35,158 nucleotides of DNA from Amoeboaphelidium occidentale (taxonomy: Eukaryota). A model generated the notes under the pieces. It was not told the origin of the DNA, did not search any database, and saw only the letters and a list, made by a program, of their open reading frames with translations. Positions 1-8,158 of the stretch are shown piece after piece; within the stretch, counting starts at the first letter, position 1, and the number at the start of each line of letters is the position of its first letter. The stretch is from NCBI GenBank assembly GCA_023515795.1, contig JALGPX010000121.1, positions 1 to 35,158 of the forward strand. Reading direction: 5' to 3'. The position numbers were made by a program, and so were the translations under genes.

Positions 1-38
1 TGAGAACATCGTTTTTGCTGCTGTTTTTCTGCGTTAGT

Positions 39-45
39 ACCCTAT
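39..45. repeat. Left terminal direct repeat (ACCCTAT) of the Crypton
   Basis: Identical to 2434-2440. Lies 80 nt beyond the ORF stop. Confidence 0.65.
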
Positions 46-125
46 ATTGATCCACGCACACAGAGATGGATTAAAACTTCGCAGACATGGGCATTGAGTT
101 GTTTATATTTTAAGTGTTTATTCAT

Positions 126-2348
126 TCATTGGATGATATACACCGAGAGAGGCCTTCCTTCTTCTCTATTCTTTAATACACACTTTAAATGATCGCAAAG
201 TTTTCTCAGTGATCCCTTGCATTTAACAGCCATCAGAGTTTGCAAATGGTCAAGCACATCATTCTCCTGCATTTCTTCTTCCTCCATAAGAGTTCTAACT
301 GTGTCATATAATGGCTTTCGCCTTGTGTAAAACTTTCCTTCTGTAGAACTTGCAGAGCCTCTCCACTTTGGTCCTGGTCGCGACTCTAGCTGTTCAATTG
401 GAGGAATTACCACTCCATTATTTGAAACACCACCATACTGAAACTCTGTCCAGGCTTCCCTAACTGTAGAAATGCTTCGATTCATCTTGAAGGCAGTGGG
501 ATTATTATAGTTTCTCGAAACCGGTTGTGCGTTAGATTCAGAAGCTGCAAAATCGTTATCTCTTGAAGCAGTATGAACATCCGTATTTAGAGTAGCCTCA
601 GATAATACTGTAGTAACTCCATTGGAGAGAGCTCGAGATAGTAAAGAAATACAACGTCTCGGATGCTGTTCCAACTGCAAACCAATTTCTTTGAGAACTT
701 TTTCCTGGTCTTGCAATGCAGAGCTATGATTATGGGCGCTTCTGTTAATTTGAACCAGCTGTTGACTCAATTCGGGAAAAACTTCGGCCAACCGCAATGA
801 GAGAGGATTTTCAGTGGCATTAATTTTTGCTTTCAAAGCATCCGAGTATTCTTTGAATTCTTCACATGTAAAAACAGGATGCTGAAATATAGAATGATCC
901 TTGTAATCTTCCGTTTCGGAGAGAATCGCGGCATCCTGTAGTATCACAATGCGAAAGTGGGTCATTAAAGCCAAGAAACTTTTGCCTGAAATTTCGCTTT
1001 TTCTATCGGAATCGCGCAAACAATTTTCAATCTTTGACAATGAGTTATCCACATGATTAAAGATTTTTTTCTGTAAGGCCGGCGGTGGCTCTAAGATTGC
1101 TCGCTCCAAATTGTACTGATTAGGGCTCGAAGCAAAACCTGCAAGCACTCGAACACATTCCCATGGGACTACATTGTTTGTATATGCTCCATTACGTGAC
1201 TTGACTGCCCAATGCCCATTCTTATCAATAGATGCTTCGTTGGCCCCACTATTCTCTGCATAAGATGCTCCTGTCTTCCTTCCGATTTGGGTTTTTGATG
1301 TAACAGAAATACCCAATTGCTCCTGAGCCATTTTAATACCTTGATACTGCTTTGTGTAGGTCATTGGCTTGTCGCATCTCGTTCCGTTAGGAAATACGTA
1401 AATGTCGTACCAATAATCAGGTTTGGAGAAATCTGGCCAAGGATCCTCACGAACATGGTATCTATAAAAAAGATACAATCCCAAAGCTCCGAACGGACAT
1501 TTAGAAACATCTTTGTGTCTCATTAAAGCGTTTTGCTGAATATTTCCGTATTGGTTCTTCTTTAATTTTCTCCAAACAGTTCTAAGTAAGTGTGAACCTG
1601 CAACGCCTTCCTCAGGGTAAAAGCGATGGCCAACTTCAGAAAGTTTCAGATTCCGTAAATTATCACCACGAGACATGAGGCCAAACGATAATAAGAAATC
1701 AGCCCGTTGCTTCAGGCCTTCTTCTGAGTCCTTTGTCCAGTAGAAGTGTGCCAATCTCCCTTGGTCGTGAGCTGAAATTTCATCGCTCAAAGTTCCTATG
1801 CCTCTGTCTTCATAATTGGCCGAAGACTCCGTCATCACTTCTTTCTTTGCATTTTTAAGAAACTCTTTTACCGCAGGTGGTCTAACTGGCTGAGGAAAAT
1901 TAGGTGGAAATTTCCCCAACATGTGCTGTTTCTTCCATATATCCATCACGGCAGTAACATAGCCATCCAAGGTGTTCCACCCAATTTTTCTGGTCTCGAG
2001 TACTTCTGCAGTACCACTTGAAACGTTTGCATCGTCACCGTCTTCCTCATTGTCATCATTATCGTGCGGAGCTCTTCTCTTTCTGCCCCTTCTATACACT
2101 GGGCGGTTCTTCATCTCTGTGAGAAACAGCAGGAATTTATCGGCTGTGAGAAGCTCGTCTGGATAACCTTTTGCAGTGTTCCACTCATAGTACTCCTTCT
2201 GTTTCCCTGCCCATGTGTTCTTTGTCTTTACAGGCCTGTTCGAATTGATGTTTAACTGCAACGCCTGCAAAGCTGTGAGTTCCTGAACTCTAATGGCGGC
2301 ATCGCGAGCTAATTTAGCCTCAATTTCATTGACTACTGTGGTACTCAT
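126..2348 (-). CDS. Crypton tyrosine recombinase (Ndc10 domain II-like) with C-terminal GCR1_C DNA-binding domain
   Basis: Motifs MSRGDNLR, KKNQYG, RHKDVSKCPFGALGLYLFYR, KTQIGRKTGA, GHW, GAY and VLAGF. GCR1_C-like MNRSISTVREAWTEF...IEQLE...KWR...KFYTRRK. Basic NLS RRGRKRR. Start set to ATG 2348 because the ORF track uses GTG 2462, outside the element end. Confidence 0.9.
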   Translation of the reverse strand: MSTTVVNEIEAKLARDAAIRVQELTALQALQLNINSNRPVKTKNTWAGKQKEYYEWNTAKGYPDELLTADKFLLFLTEMKNRPVYRRGRKRRAPHDNDDNEEDGDDANVSSGTAEVLETRKIGWNTLDGYVTAVMDIWKKQHMLGKFPPNFPQPVRPPAVKEFLKNAKKEVMTESSANYEDRGIGTLSDEISAHDQGRLAHFYWTKDSEEGLKQRADFLLSFGLMSRGDNLRNLKLSEVGHRFYPEEGVAGSHLLRTVWRKLKKNQYGNIQQNALMRHKDVSKCPFGALGLYLFYRYHVREDPWPDFSKPDYWYDIYVFPNGTRCDKPMTYTKQYQGIKMAQEQLGISVTSKTQIGRKTGASYAENSGANEASIDKNGHWAVKSRNGAYTNNVVPWECVRVLAGFASSPNQYNLERAILEPPPALQKKIFNHVDNSLSKIENCLRDSDRKSEISGKSFLALMTHFRIVILQDAAILSETEDYKDHSIFQHPVFTCEEFKEYSDALKAKINATENPLSLRLAEVFPELSQQLVQINRSAHNHSSALQDQEKVLKEIGLQLEQHPRRCISLLSRALSNGVTTVLSEATLNTDVHTASRDNDFAASESNAQPVSRNYNNPTAFKMNRSISTVREAWTEFQYGGVSNNGVVIPPIEQLESRPGPKWRGSASSTEGKFYTRRKPLYDTVRTLMEEEEMQENDVLDHLQTLMAVKCKGSLRKLCDHLKCVLKNREEGRPLSVYIIQ

Positions 2349-2433
2349 TGTAAGATACTCACTTGGAAAAAACAAAATTCTGCCGTCGATAAAATTTTGA
2401 TTGGTCACAAACAATTGAACAGACCAGGTCATG

Positions 2434-2440
2434 ACCCTAT
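2434..2440. repeat. Right terminal direct repeat (ACCCTAT) of the Crypton
   Basis: Identical to 39-45. Lies 85 nt upstream of the ATG and is flanked by GGTCA and AGATC arms. Confidence 0.65.
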
Positions 2441-2570
2441 GTAGATCACTATTTTTATTCACAAAATAAAAGAAGTTTGTGGTTTAGGTTTGCGAATCAA
2501 GCTGTTTCACACGTGTCTTGTGAATTCTTTCATTATAAGAACCCCTGGAAATAACAACATTTTCTATAAA

Positions 2571-3878
2571 ATGAGATCAGCATTATTGCGCTTTGTTTCG
2601 GTGGTGCTTCTCTCTTTCTTCGCTTGCGCTACTCCAGTTGATGAAGTATCAGATTCTGTTACCGACATTATGGAAGAATTGTCGCGCGAACAGCTGTTTC
2701 AAGAGTTCTCTGAGAATCTTGAGCTCGATGGCTCATCGGGTTCTGCTACAAGAAGCATAGATGAAACGACAGGATTACCTCTACTGAAGTTGCCACCAGA
2801 TATTTTGAAGAATCAGATTCTACCGCGCGTAACTACCAGTGATGCTGGGAAATTGCGACTGTCACATAGCGAGCTCAAGTCAATGGCGGAATCGCGTTTG
2901 AAAGACTTTTCTAGTGTGGCTAAAGCATGTGGTAATAAGACTACCAAGGCGCTCATCAAGCAACAATGGTCAAATGAATATACAGAAGACACCCAGTTAT
3001 CCGTGCACAACCAACAGGAAGAGAAAAAAGTTCATGATTGTCTATGGGCTGTAAGACAGTGGGTTGAAACTCTTGATGGGCCGCAAGATATTAGACTGAG
3101 TTTGGTGTTACACAAACCTAATCTTACAGCTGGTTTTCTTTCTGATAAGAATCTATTCGAAATAACAGACAAAGTTCGTTTTCGTATAAAGTTATCTGTA
3201 GAAGAATCTCATGGTCTTCTCAGTAATTTGTTTCAGGCACTGTTATCGAATGGATGCATTCAAAGTCTAGACTTGCGCGGAAATTTCATACGAGATAAGC
3301 ACACAGTAACTTTGGCCACAATATTAAAGAAGAATACCGTGCTTATAAAACTTGATCTGGGTCTCAATGGAATTAGCGTCATGGGTGCAAAAGCGTTGGC
3401 TGAATTATTGGCAGCGAATTCGGCACTATTGGAACTTAACTTGGAATTTAACAGTATTGGTAGCGCAGGAGTTGAAGCAATTGCAGAAACCTTGAAGAAC
3501 AACACTAAGCTTGAGAGATTGTGCTTGAAATCTAATGTTATTGGTCCACAAGGCTCAATTGCTTTGGCAGCAGCATTAAATATCAACAAGAAACTTAAAC
3601 TATTGGATCTATTTTACAATGGAGTTAGTGATGAAGGTGCAAAAGCACTTGCAAATGCACTGAAAACAAATCCTGCAATGTTAATGCTTGACTTGGGGGA
3701 AAATGAAATCAGAAGAGATGGCGCGATGGCATTTGCTGAAGTTTTGAAACACGATAATGCTCTTCAAGAACTAGTTCTGAAAGAAAATCATTTACACAAT
3801 GAAACGAAAGAAGAGCTCCAGCTTTTAGCAGAAAAGAAGGTTACTAAAAACGGAAAACCGTTCATCCTGCAGATATGA
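2571..3878 (+). CDS. Secreted F-box-like + ribonuclease-inhibitor-type LRR protein (candidate effector)
   Basis: ATG 2571 gives signal peptide MRSALLRFVSVVLLSFFACA. F-box-like LLKLPPDILKNQILPRVTTSDAGKLRL. About 7 28-aa LRRs (LxxLxLxxNxIxxxGAxALA). Confidence 0.8.
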   Translation: MRSALLRFVSVVLLSFFACATPVDEVSDSVTDIMEELSREQLFQEFSENLELDGSSGSATRSIDETTGLPLLKLPPDILKNQILPRVTTSDAGKLRLSHSELKSMAESRLKDFSSVAKACGNKTTKALIKQQWSNEYTEDTQLSVHNQQEEKKVHDCLWAVRQWVETLDGPQDIRLSLVLHKPNLTAGFLSDKNLFEITDKVRFRIKLSVEESHGLLSNLFQALLSNGCIQSLDLRGNFIRDKHTVTLATILKKNTVLIKLDLGLNGISVMGAKALAELLAANSALLELNLEFNSIGSAGVEAIAETLKNNTKLERLCLKSNVIGPQGSIALAAALNINKKLKLLDLFYNGVSDEGAKALANALKTNPAMLMLDLGENEIRRDGAMAFAEVLKHDNALQELVLKENHLHNETKEELQLLAEKKVTKNGKPFILQI

Positions 3879-3969
3879 TTTTGAAAGCGTGATGACCTAT
3901 ATAATCATCTCTCACAATAGATCGAGCTTTTCTGTGAAATCTATTAGACTCGCTGTTGTTTCAAGAATC

Positions 3970-4401
3970 TCACTCAGCATAAAGCTTGCGCCTTTTCGTG
4001 TCTCGTCTTGGTTTGTTCATGTGTTTAGCGCCGGCTTTCCTGTCGTGTTCAACATCGGCACTCTTTGGCTGAGAGTTTTCGTTATTTTCGCCGTAAACAT
4101 CTGGAAAGTATGTATTGAGGAACCACTCCATTTGCTCTTCAGTCAAAGATTCATCGCTGGGCTTATCTTCAAATACTGGCTCAAGATGAGAAATTGATTT
4201 TTTGTTGTGAACTGGACCATCAGTAGTGACCAAACGACCATAATATCTAGAGTTTTCCATATCAATGAAAGGTTCTGATTCTATTTGTGGTCCAGACACA
4301 ATGTCTGAAATGGCACCCTTATCGTATGGCGCTGTTTCCTCATAAGTAGGAATGCAGTATGTTAAAGACGCGAATATAAACGATGCAAGTACGTGCTTCA
4401 T
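3970..4401 (-). CDS. Small secreted acidic protein with C-terminal basic NLS-like patch
   Basis: Signal peptide MKHVLASFIFASLTYC, acidic body, KPRRDTKRRK tail. No recognisable family. Confidence 0.7.
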   Translation of the reverse strand: MKHVLASFIFASLTYCIPTYEETAPYDKGAISDIVSGPQIESEPFIDMENSRYYGRLVTTDGPVHNKKSISHLEPVFEDKPSDESLTEEQMEWFLNTYFPDVYGENNENSQPKSADVEHDRKAGAKHMNKPRRDTKRRKLYAE

Positions 4402-4530
4402 TCTGAGTTTTAAAGATTTTGACGGCTACTCCTGAGTTTGAATTTCAAACTGCGCGTTACCACGTGATTGTAATTCCAAACTACGAAACTAATTCTACAA
4501 AAAAAATAAACACTTAAGAAATTATATCAT

Positions 4531-5148
4531 TTATTCGGCTTCTTCGCTCCATTCTCTGTACTGCTGCTCAGCCGTTTCACGCAGGTCTTCAGCTGCAGTG
4601 GAACTTTCTGAAGAATCTGTTGGCTTCGCTGGAGTGAAACTTTTCTCACCGGGCTTTGGTGCAAACTCGGCAGCAACTTGACCTGCACCCAAGTCTAATT
4701 TGTGCAAGTCTATATTCTCAGGAACTTCTGGGAACTTGGCGTTTTTCCAATCATTTTCATTACTCTCTTCCTTTGGTGGAGAGACTTTAAAATCAGCAAG
4801 ATATTGGCGAACCATTTCATCGATTTCTTCATCTGATATTTGTTTTGCATGCAGTTCTTTTAATTCATCTGGTGTGAAAATGTCTTCTAGGGAGTCAAAA
4901 GCGGGAAAATCTCTCCAAGGATCAGTTTCAGAATTCTCAACCTGAGAAAGTTCAGGAAACTCAAACTCAGACTCTTCCTGTTCTGAGGGGTTTGCTGGTA
5001 GTCGGGCAGTAGAAGGTTCGCCTGTTTTGATCTTCTTCGGAGGTTCTTCAACTGAAGCAGATGTTTCAGCTTCGCGCTTACCAGTAGGCACAGCATACGA
5101 AGAACAAGCCAAAGCAGCCAACAAAAGAACAGTATAAGATAATTTCAT
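4531..5148 (-). CDS. Secreted acidic protein with KR site and NLS-like PPKKIK
   Basis: Signal peptide MKLSYTVLLLAALACSSYA, then GKRE and PPKKIK, then an E/P/F-rich body. TATA-like TATAAAAA about 40 nt upstream. Confidence 0.75.
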   Translation of the reverse strand: MKLSYTVLLLAALACSSYAVPTGKREAETSASVEEPPKKIKTGEPSTARLPANPSEQEESEFEFPELSQVENSETDPWRDFPAFDSLEDIFTPDELKELHAKQISDEEIDEMVRQYLADFKVSPPKEESNENDWKNAKFPEVPENIDLHKLDLGAGQVAAEFAPKPGEKSFTPAKPTDSSESSTAAEDLRETAEQQYREWSEEAE

Positions 5149-5347
5149 ATTCTAATAAAGAAAAGAATGAATTCTTCTAAGAGCGCTTTTTATAGAAAAA
5201 TTCAACCGCGTGCAATGTAACCATAAGGTGAGATGTAACATCATGAACACGAGATCTAGATTTCTTGATTTTGATAAAATCAAAACGAAGAGTTCAAGGA
5301 CAACGATTTACATAATTAGGGTGAAGATGATGCTCGGAATCCTTCTG

Positions 5348-5354
5348 ACGCGAT
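5348..5354 (+). promoter_or_regulatory. ACGCGAT promoter motif (MCB/CGCG-like) upstream of LURP copy a
   Basis: TTCTGACGCGAT is conserved between the otherwise diverged promoters of both LURP paralogs (second copy at 6524-6530). The motif recurs upstream of many genes. Confidence 0.5.
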
Positions 5355-5446
5355 CGTGCTTCCTTGAGAATTTTGGCGTAAGAACCTGATTCGCTGTAAG
5401 AACTTACAACATATCATCATTCATCTTCTGCATTCTTTGCAGCAAA

Positions 5447-6040
5447 ATGTCGCAAGGTCCTACATCTGCAATTGTGGAATCAAAGTATATTGTGAAAAAG
5501 CGTACCACGCTTATGATGAAGGAGTCGCTTGGTAGCTTCTCTGGAGATGACTTCTTGATCATCGACCCCTCTACCAATAAGTTGTGGTTCCGTTTGGACG
5601 CTAAAGTGTTCTCATTTCGAAGACAGCGATTTTTGCTGGACTTCAGTAACGTTCCTGTTTTGACGATGGAGAAAAAGTTGGCAATATTCGCTGAAAAATG
5701 GGTCGGTTTTGGAACAAGCACTGGCCATATCAAGTTTGGTCTCAATAGGAAACTGTTTTCATTTAATCCGATGGTATTCGCTTCCATAGGAGGTGGTGAA
5801 AATCAAGATATAGTCATACGAGGTGGGTTTTGGCGTCGAACATATGAGATTGTCGATGTAAGAACGAATCTGCTTCTTGCTAGATGCTCTCGTCAAAATC
5901 CTTTGCAGACTTCGGAGGCATTCATTTCTGCGCTCTTTGGCAAACAGAATTATTATGTCACGATTGAGCCAGGGGTGGACGCAGCGTTCATTGTGTCTAC
6001 TTGCTTGATTATTGACGAAATGTTTCACGATCGTGATTAG
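5447..6040 (+). CDS. LURP-one-related / tubby C-terminal-like (LOR, scramblase fold) protein, copy a
   Basis: SFSGDDFLI...WFRLDAKVFSFR...YYVTIEPGVDAAFIVSTCLIIDE matches the LOR family pattern. Confidence 0.85.
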   Translation: MSQGPTSAIVESKYIVKKRTTLMMKESLGSFSGDDFLIIDPSTNKLWFRLDAKVFSFRRQRFLLDFSNVPVLTMEKKLAIFAEKWVGFGTSTGHIKFGLNRKLFSFNPMVFASIGGGENQDIVIRGGFWRRTYEIVDVRTNLLLARCSRQNPLQTSEAFISALFGKQNYYVTIEPGVDAAFIVSTCLIIDEMFHDRD

Positions 6041-6163
6041 AGATCATTGTGCTGTAGCTATTCGCTTAACGGCAGAAATGCGGGCCCAAGAGTAAATGAT
6101 TAAAATAAAATGGTTCAAATTTTCTTTTACTAAGTGCATCTAATATCAACTTCGTCTCAACCT

Positions 6164-6345
6164 CTAATCATACTTGCGACCGAATCTCATAGTCATGTTG
6201 CTAAAAGTTAATAATTCAAATTCAAAATTACGCGGTAAATAGAAGGATGTTTTGTAGAAAGACTGCTATTCCTGGCCATTTGTTCAATAGCTGACCCCTC
6301 TGTCCATCAGGATTCCTTGCAATCATTTCAAGAGTAGGCTGAGGA
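6164..6345 (-). repeat. Alternative-haplotype copy of the Vps68 3' end (duplicates ~7365-7546), ending at N 6346
   Basis: Near-identical to 7365-7546 but with a TAG stop instead of TAA. Truncated by a single-N join. After the N, 6347-6438 re-duplicates 5988-6079. Confidence 0.8.
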
Positions 6346-6620
6346 NCATTGTGTCTACTTGCTTGATTATTGACGAAATGTTTCACGATCGTGATTAGAG
6401 ATCATTGTGCTGTAGCTATTCGCTTAACGGCAGAAATACAACGTTATGATCGTATAATGATCAATAAATCGGTTAAGAATTTCCACTTCGATTACGGTGA
6501 AAATGCTCTTCTTAATTATTCTGACGCGATTAGTTTTCCTTTGGAAACTTCGTTAGAACTTCTGATTCGGCGAAACAACTTCAGAACAATGAATGATCAT
6601 TCTACAATCTATAAAGCAAA

Positions 6621-7250
6621 ATGTCGCAAGGTCCTACATCTGCAATTGTGGAATCAAAGTATATTGTGAAAAAGCGTACCACGCTTATGATGAAGGAGGG
6701 GCTTGGCAGCTTCTCAGGAGACGACTTCTTGATCATCGACCCCTATACTAATAAGTTGTGGTTCCGTTTGGACGCTAAAGTGTTCTCATTCAGAAGTCAG
6801 CGATTTTTGCTGGACGGTCGTAACGCACCTGTTTTGACGCTCGAAAAGCATTTGGCATTATTCATTGATAAATGGGTCGGTTTTGGAACAAGCACAGGCC
6901 ACATCAAGTTTGGTCTGAATAGGAAACTGTTTTCATTTACTCCGATGGTATTCGCTTCCATAGGTGGTGGTGATAATCATGATATAGTCATACGAGGTGA
7001 CCTTTGGTGCAGATCCTATGAGATTGTCGATGTAAGGACAAACCAGCTTCTAGCTAGATGCTCTCGTCAACATCCTTTGCAGACTTCTGAGGCATTCATG
7101 TCTACGCTCTTCAACAAACATAATTATTTTGTCACAATCGAGCCTGGGGTGGACTCTGCTTTCATTGTTTCGACTTGCTTAATTGTTGACGAAATGTTTC
7201 ACGAAAGTTTTTTTGACTGGGGATTTTGTTGCTTGCTACTCACGTCATAG
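6621..7250 (+). CDS. LURP-one-related / tubby C-terminal-like protein, copy b (tandem paralog)
   Basis: Colinear with copy a, with scattered substitutions and a longer C-terminus (ESFFDWGFCCLLLTS). The upstream region is also homologous. Confidence 0.85.
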   Translation: MSQGPTSAIVESKYIVKKRTTLMMKEGLGSFSGDDFLIIDPYTNKLWFRLDAKVFSFRSQRFLLDGRNAPVLTLEKHLALFIDKWVGFGTSTGHIKFGLNRKLFSFTPMVFASIGGGDNHDIVIRGDLWCRSYEIVDVRTNQLLARCSRQHPLQTSEAFMSTLFNKHNYFVTIEPGVDSAFIVSTCLIVDEMFHESFFDWGFCCLLLTS

Positions 7251-7364
7251 TCGAAACACAGCCTGATGAACTTATAAGGATCAATAAAATGGCTGACATT
7301 TTTCTCTGCTGAGTACATCTACCGTGTTTCATCTATTGCATTAGTACGATTCTCGTTCCATCTG

Positions 7365-8079
7365 TTAATCATACTTGCGACCGAATCTCATAGTCATGTT
7401 GCTAAAAGTTAATAATTCAAATTCAAAATTACGCGGTAAATAGAAGGATGTTTTGTAGAAAGACTGCTATTCCTGGCCATTTGTTCAATAGCTGACCCCT
7501 CTGTCCATCAGGATTCCTTGCAATCATTTCAAGAGTAGGCTGCGGAGGATGAGCCATGTACTGATCTGCAAAGATGTAGATTGCTCCAAATAAGCTACCG
7601 AAAGCCATGAGAAACCCAGTAAGAATCACAAGCTTTGCTCCAAGGGTCGATTCTCCATCAAACGAAAAGGCATCAAGTGAGAAGATTGATGATGGTATGG
7701 AATTCAATATAATCAGAGATAGAGTAGCGAATATAGCTGGTACATACTGAACTCCAGTAACTTTACCCTCGGAGAAGTTCCAATAGTTGGATACTGCATT
7801 TGNNNNNNNNNNNNNNNNNNNNTGATGATGGTATGGAATTCAATATAATCAGAGATAAAGTGGCGAATATAGCTGGTACATACTGAACTCCAGTAACTTT
7901 ACCCTCGGAGAAGTTCCAATAGTTGGATACTGCATTTGCATCAGCAATAAACCACCAACCTATCGCAAACTATATGATGCAAGATTAGTCGAGAAGATAT
8001 AGAAAGATACTAATGCGCCAGCTGAGTAAGCTGCGATCATATTCTTTTGCTTTCGATCTAACTGTAATCGGTCAAGCAT
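7365..8079 (-). CDS. VPS68: Vps68/TMEM50 family membrane protein; introns 7970-8010 and 7402-7432; interrupted by assembly gap and allelic duplication at 7803-7938
   Basis: Spliced: MLDRLQLDRKQKNMIAAYSAGAL|FAIGWWFIADA...YVPAIFATLSLIILNSIP...WPGIAVFLQNILLFTA|NMTMRFGRKYD*. Confidence 0.88.
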
Positions 8080-8158
8080 AGCGGTAGAATCAAGAGGTTC
8101 AAACGAAACAAAAAGAGGTAATTCTTCAACCTCTAATCAATCATCACCGTGATTTCAA

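Larger units (their letters stand above)
39..2440 (-). mobile_element. Crypton (CryptonF-type) tyrosine-recombinase DNA transposon, apparently full length (~2.4 kb)
   Basis: One YR/Ndc10-like + GCR1_C ORF is bracketed by a 7-bp direct repeat ACCCTAT (39-45, 2434-2440). The repeat extends to 12/14 identity (ACCCTATATTGATC vs ACCCTATGTAGATC). No TIRs or LTRs, as expected for Cryptons. Confidence 0.75.

Noticed and set aside
126..2348. Domesticated centromere protein Ndc10 or Gcr1-type transcription factor
   Set aside because: Retained catalytic Arg/Tyr and terminal direct repeats favour a transposon. Not fully excluded.
2506..2524. TTCACA-N7-TGTGAA inverted repeat containing CACGTG as a Crypton end or CDEI element
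   Set aside because: It has no counterpart at the left end and lies outside the direct repeat. More likely an E-box-like promoter site or chance.
4760..4880. Calmodulin/EF-hand similarity (ISDEEIDEMV; LTEEQ in the neighbouring gene)
   Set aside because: There is no DxDxDG loop. These are generic helix N-cap motifs.
6370..6669. 99-aa ORF upstream of LURP copy b
   Set aside because: It has a non-ATG start and is built from the duplicated end of copy a plus promoter sequence.
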